This document shows, piece after piece, positions 36,701-40,167 of a stretch of DNA of 40,167 nt. How positions within the stretch are numbered: position 1 is the stretch's first letter; every line of letters begins with the position of its first letter. The DNA comes from an uncultured Oscillospiraceae bacterium (GTDB lineage: Bacteria; Bacillota; Clostridia; Oscillospirales; Ruminococcaceae), in NCBI GenBank assembly GCA_964610805.1, contig CAZSZG010000002.1, forward strand, positions 1 to 40,167, written 5' to 3'. The translations under genes and the position numbers were made by a program. The notes under the pieces are model-generated. The model was given only the letters and a program-made list of their open reading frames with translations. It had not been told where the DNA came from and made no database searches.

Positions 36701-39094
36701 TTACATTCTCAACTCTGCACCCATTTCAGCAAGTGCTTTTAAAACACGTTTCATTGCTGTATCTGCCTGTTCATCGGTTAAAGTACCCTCATGTGAACGC
36801 ATAGAAATTGAGTATGAAACACTTTTTTTGCCTTGTTCAATTTGCTGTCCCTTATAAACATCGAACAGCGTAACCTTTTCCAATGTTTTTCCAACAACCT
36901 TTTTTATTACCTTTTCAAGTTCTGCAACAGGTATTTCATCGTCACAAACTAAGCTTAAATCCCTAGTTGTAGCAGGGTATTTTGGCAAAGGCTTGTATGT
37001 TATTTCCGACTTTGCAAGTTCCATCATTTCAGGAATATTTAATTTTCCAACATAGCTTTTTACGCCAATTTCATAATTATCAGCAACTGTTGGATGCACT
37101 TCACCAAATATTCCCAAAGCAACACCATTCTTCACGATAACAGCATTTCTGCCAGGATGAAAAGCTGATGCCTCATCAAAACTATAATTTTCGTGGCAAC
37201 GCATTAGTTCAAAATCCTCTAGACCTAAACTATCAAGCAAAGCCATAATTATGCCCTTTAACTCATAAAAATCGGCATTATCTCCGTACAAACCAACTGA
37301 TAGTCGGAGGAGTTCCTCAGGCAATGTATCAGGTGCTGTTGGAATATATTCCTTGCCAACCTCAAAAAGCCTTGCTGAATCATTCCTATTATTGTAGTTT
37401 TTGGATAGGATTTCAAGCATAGATGGAATAATAGTTGTTCTCATAACGCTTGTATCTTCGCCTAAAGGGTTAGTAATTGTAATAGTTTTCCTTAAAGTGC
37501 TAACCTCAGGAAGATTGATTTTGTCAAAATATTTAGGAGATATAAAGGAATAAGTTGCGATTTCATAACATCCAAGCGATACCATTGTACTTAAAATCTT
37601 ATCGGTAAATTTCTGAATAGGAGTTAACTGCGAATCAGCAACACCTTTGAAAGTAGTTGATGGAATATTGTTATATCCATAAATTCTAGCAACTTCTTCA
37701 GCAATATCAGCCTTACATTCAATGTCAATTCTAAAGCTTGGCACTGTGATTTTACCATTTTCAACAATGAAATCAAGGCTTGTTAAAAACTCTATCATAT
37801 CGCTTTCAGGGATATTAGTACCAAGAAAGTTATTTATCCATTCTGGATTTAAACCAATGGTTTTGGGCGTTTTATCAATATAATCCTTGTCGATTATTCC
37901 ACCAACAATTTCCCCAGCACCAAGCTGTTCAACAAGTTCAAAGGCTCTGCTCAATGCAACCATTGCTAAATTTGTATCCAAGCCTTTTTCAAACCTTGCA
38001 CTTGCGTCGGTACGCATACCAAGCTTTTTCGCTGTTTTTCTAATGGAAACAGGGTTGAAATATGCAGATTCAAATACAACAGTGTTTGTATCGTCCATAA
38101 TTCCACTGTATTCGCCACCCATAACACCCGCAACACCAATTGGTTTATTTGAGTCAGCGATAACGAGCATATCATCGCAAAGCACACGTTCAACTCCATC
38201 AAGAGTTGTTATCTTTTCGTTATTTTTTGCATTTCGTATTACTATTTCAGCACCATCAACATATCGTAAATCAAATGCGTGCATAGGCTGTCCGTATTCA
38301 AGCATAACATAGTTTGTAATATCAACAAGGTTGTTAATTGGACGCACACCACTTGCCCTTAAACGCTCTCTCATCCAACGTGGTGATGACTCAATTTTTA
38401 CATTTTTAACAATCCCAGCACAATAATGCTTGCATAAATCCTTGTTTTCAACAGTTACCTTTAGGCTATCGTTTATATCCTCAGAATTTGCAGAAAAAGT
38501 AGGAGTTTTAACGGTGTAGCCAGTGTTAAATGTAGCAGATGTTTCCCTTGCAAGCCCGATTACAGATAGGCAATCAGGTCTGTTTGATGTTATTTCAAAT
38601 TCAACAGAGGTATCATTCAACCCTATTGCAGATTGAATATCCTGTCCGATTTCACAATCCTCTTGCATGATAAAAATTCCGTCAGCAATTGCATATGGGA
38701 AGTCATGAGTTGTGAGGTTTAACTCACCAAGTGAACAGAGCATACCACAACTTTCAACGCCACGAAGTTTACCTTTTTTAATCTTTTTTCCATCAGGAAG
38801 TGTTGAGCCATCTAATGCAACAGGAACAATATCACCAACATTAACATTTGGTGCTCCTGTAACAATCTGTACAGGTTGCTCCTTGCCAACATCAATCTGA
38901 CACACAACAAGGTGGTCGGAGTCCTCATGAGGTGTAACAGAAAGCACTTTTCCTACAACAACATTAGAAATTTCCTCACCCTCGATTTCATAACCCTCAA
39001 CCTTTGAGCCACTCATTGTCATACCATGACAGTATTCTTTTATAGGAATATCCTTTTTTATATAATCTGAAAGCCATTTCATAGATAAGTTCAT
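36701..39094 (-). CDS. pheT: Phenylalanine--tRNA ligase beta subunit
   Basis: 797 aa. N-terminal tRNA-binding (OB) domain, then B3/4, B5 and FDX-ACB domains. Lies directly downstream of pheS. Confidence 0.97.
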   Translation of the reverse strand: MNLSMKWLSDYIKKDIPIKEYCHGMTMSGSKVEGYEIEGEEISNVVVGKVLSVTPHEDSDHLVVCQIDVGKEQPVQIVTGAPNVNVGDIVPVALDGSTLPDGKKIKKGKLRGVESCGMLCSLGELNLTTHDFPYAIADGIFIMQEDCEIGQDIQSAIGLNDTSVEFEITSNRPDCLSVIGLARETSATFNTGYTVKTPTFSANSEDINDSLKVTVENKDLCKHYCAGIVKNVKIESSPRWMRERLRASGVRPINNLVDITNYVMLEYGQPMHAFDLRYVDGAEIVIRNAKNNEKITTLDGVERVLCDDMLVIADSNKPIGVAGVMGGEYSGIMDDTNTVVFESAYFNPVSIRKTAKKLGMRTDASARFEKGLDTNLAMVALSRAFELVEQLGAGEIVGGIIDKDYIDKTPKTIGLNPEWINNFLGTNIPESDMIEFLTSLDFIVENGKITVPSFRIDIECKADIAEEVARIYGYNNIPSTTFKGVADSQLTPIQKFTDKILSTMVSLGCYEIATYSFISPKYFDKINLPEVSTLRKTITITNPLGEDTSVMRTTIIPSMLEILSKNYNNRNDSARLFEVGKEYIPTAPDTLPEELLRLSVGLYGDNADFYELKGIIMALLDSLGLEDFELMRCHENYSFDEASAFHPGRNAVIVKNGVALGIFGEVHPTVADNYEIGVKSYVGKLNIPEMMELAKSEITYKPLPKYPATTRDLSLVCDDEIPVAELEKVIKKVVGKTLEKVTLFDVYKGQQIEQGKKSVSYSISMRSHEGTLTDEQADTAMKRVLKALAEMGAELRM

Positions 39095-39137
39095 AAATTT
39101 TCCTCCTAAATTCTATACGCAACAGTAATAATTTTAA

Positions 39138-40157
39138 TTAAAACTGCTCCAAAAATCTCAAATCATTCTCATAAAGCAGACGCATATCGTTGATATTATA
39201 TCTTCTCATGGCTATTCTTTCCAAGCCAAGACCAAATGCAAATCCAGAATAAACCTCGCTGTCAATACCACAACCCTCAAGCACCTTAGGGTGTACCATT
39301 CCAGCACCAAGAAGTTCAATATATCCCTCATTTTTGCAAACACGACACCCCTCGCCATGACAGTTAAAGCACATAACATCGACTTCTGCACTCGGCTCAG
39401 TGAAAGGGAAGTGATGTGGGCGAAGTCTAATCTTGCAATCATCGCCGTAAAGACGCTTCATAAGCATTTCAAGCGTACCTTTTAAATCAGCCATAGTTAT
39501 ACCCTTATCTACAACAAGCCCCTCAATTTGATTAAAAAGAGGTGAGTGCGTAGCGTCAACTGCATCAGAACGATAAACACGTCCAGGAGAAATTACTCTT
39601 ATAGGAGGTTTTTGGTTTTCCATTACATGAACCTGCACGGAGGAAGTCTGTGTACGAAGAAGAATATTTTCTGTTATATAGAAAGTATCCTGAGTATCCC
39701 TTGCAGGGTGGTCTGGAGGTAGGTTTAGAGCCTCAAAATTATAATAATCATATTCAACCTCAGGACCATCAGCAATGTTATAACCCATACCAATAAAGAT
39801 TTCCTTAATTTCGTTCGCAACAACTGTAAGGGGATGTAACTTACCAATTTGCTTTACCTTACCAGGTAAAGTTATGTCAATTGATTCGCTTTTTATAGCA
39901 TTATCCTGTTCCATTTGCTTTAAGGCTTTTAGCTTTTCAGAAATGGCATTCTCAATATCTTCACGAACCTTGTTTGCAAACTGACCCATAATAGGACGTT
40001 CTTCTGCTGAAAGTTTGCCCATTTGTTTTAAAATAGCGGTAAGCTCACCCTTTTTGCCTAAATACTTAACCCTTAAAGAATCAAGCCCCTTAATGTCATT
40101 ACAGGATAATATCTCCTCCTTAGCCAATGACTCAATCTTTTCTAACTGCTGTTTCAT
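39138..40157 (-). CDS. pheS: Phenylalanine--tRNA ligase alpha subunit
   Basis: 339 aa. Class II motifs HPARD, FRxE-type [13 protein letters not shown] and [22 protein letters not shown] lies at the window edge. Confidence 0.97.
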   Translation of the reverse strand: MKQQLEKIESLAKEEILSCNDIKGLDSLRVKYLGKKGELTAILKQMGKLSAEERPIMGQFANKVREDIENAISEKLKALKQMEQDNAIKSESIDITLPGKVKQIGKLHPLTVVANEIKEIFIGMGYNIADGPEVEYDYYNFEALNLPPDHPARDTQDTFYITENILLRTQTSSVQVHVMENQKPPIRVISPGRVYRSDAVDATHSPLFNQIEGLVVDKGITMADLKGTLEMLMKRLYGDDCKIRLRPHHFPFTEPSAEVDVMCFNCHGEGCRVCKNEGYIELLGAGMVHPKVLEGCGIDSEVYSGFAFGLGLERIAMRRYNINDMRLLYENDLRFLEQF

Positions 40158-40167
40158 TCAATCACCT

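Noticed and set aside
36555-36857. 100-aa plus-strand ORF (METHYYGESRG...)
   Set aside because: It has a non-ATG start and no RBS. It runs through the hairpin-rich intergenic element and the pheT terminator into the antisense of the pheT 3' end, so it is not credible as coding.

Overview
By eye this is an AT-rich, mostly housekeeping chromosomal segment from a low-GC, endospore-forming Firmicute. The Clostridia-like markers are cwlD, spmA/spmB, two AbrB paralogues, and T-box and L-box leaders.

Gene content in order:
- a truncated sodium:solute symporter and a small orphan ORF
- nth, secA and a DUF1015 gene
- a zur-znuACB zinc-uptake operon
- cwlD-radA
- T-box::alaS-hit and a PRTase-family gene
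- a tightly packed comEC-holA-Toprim(RNase M5-like)-MBOAT-DHHW block
- an L-box (lysine riboswitch)::asd-dapA-dapB operon on the minus strand
- queA-tgt-mntP
- an abrB-like paralogue, a lone tRNA-Lys(UUU), spmA-spmB and a second abrB
- a type III glutamine synthetase
- an ACT(PheB-like)-hom-thrB operon
- convergent pheS-pheT

I see no CRISPR array, transposase, integrase, phage module or recognisable defence island, and I cannot honestly point to a clear novel multi-gene system.

The items most worth a second look are:
1. a G+C-rich multi-hairpin element stranded between the thrB and pheT terminators (36531-36660)
2. two long perfect palindromes sharing a 7-1-7 core that bracket the zur promoter
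3. two AbrB paralogues carrying a five-cysteine tail
4. a small orphan gene bracketed by ~40-nt direct repeats that each carry promoter elements
5. a ComEC whose C-terminal domain contains no histidine at all
6. an SD-sequestering leader in front of the type III glutamine synthetase

All product calls rest on my recognition of motifs in the supplied translations and on synteny. No database search was run.
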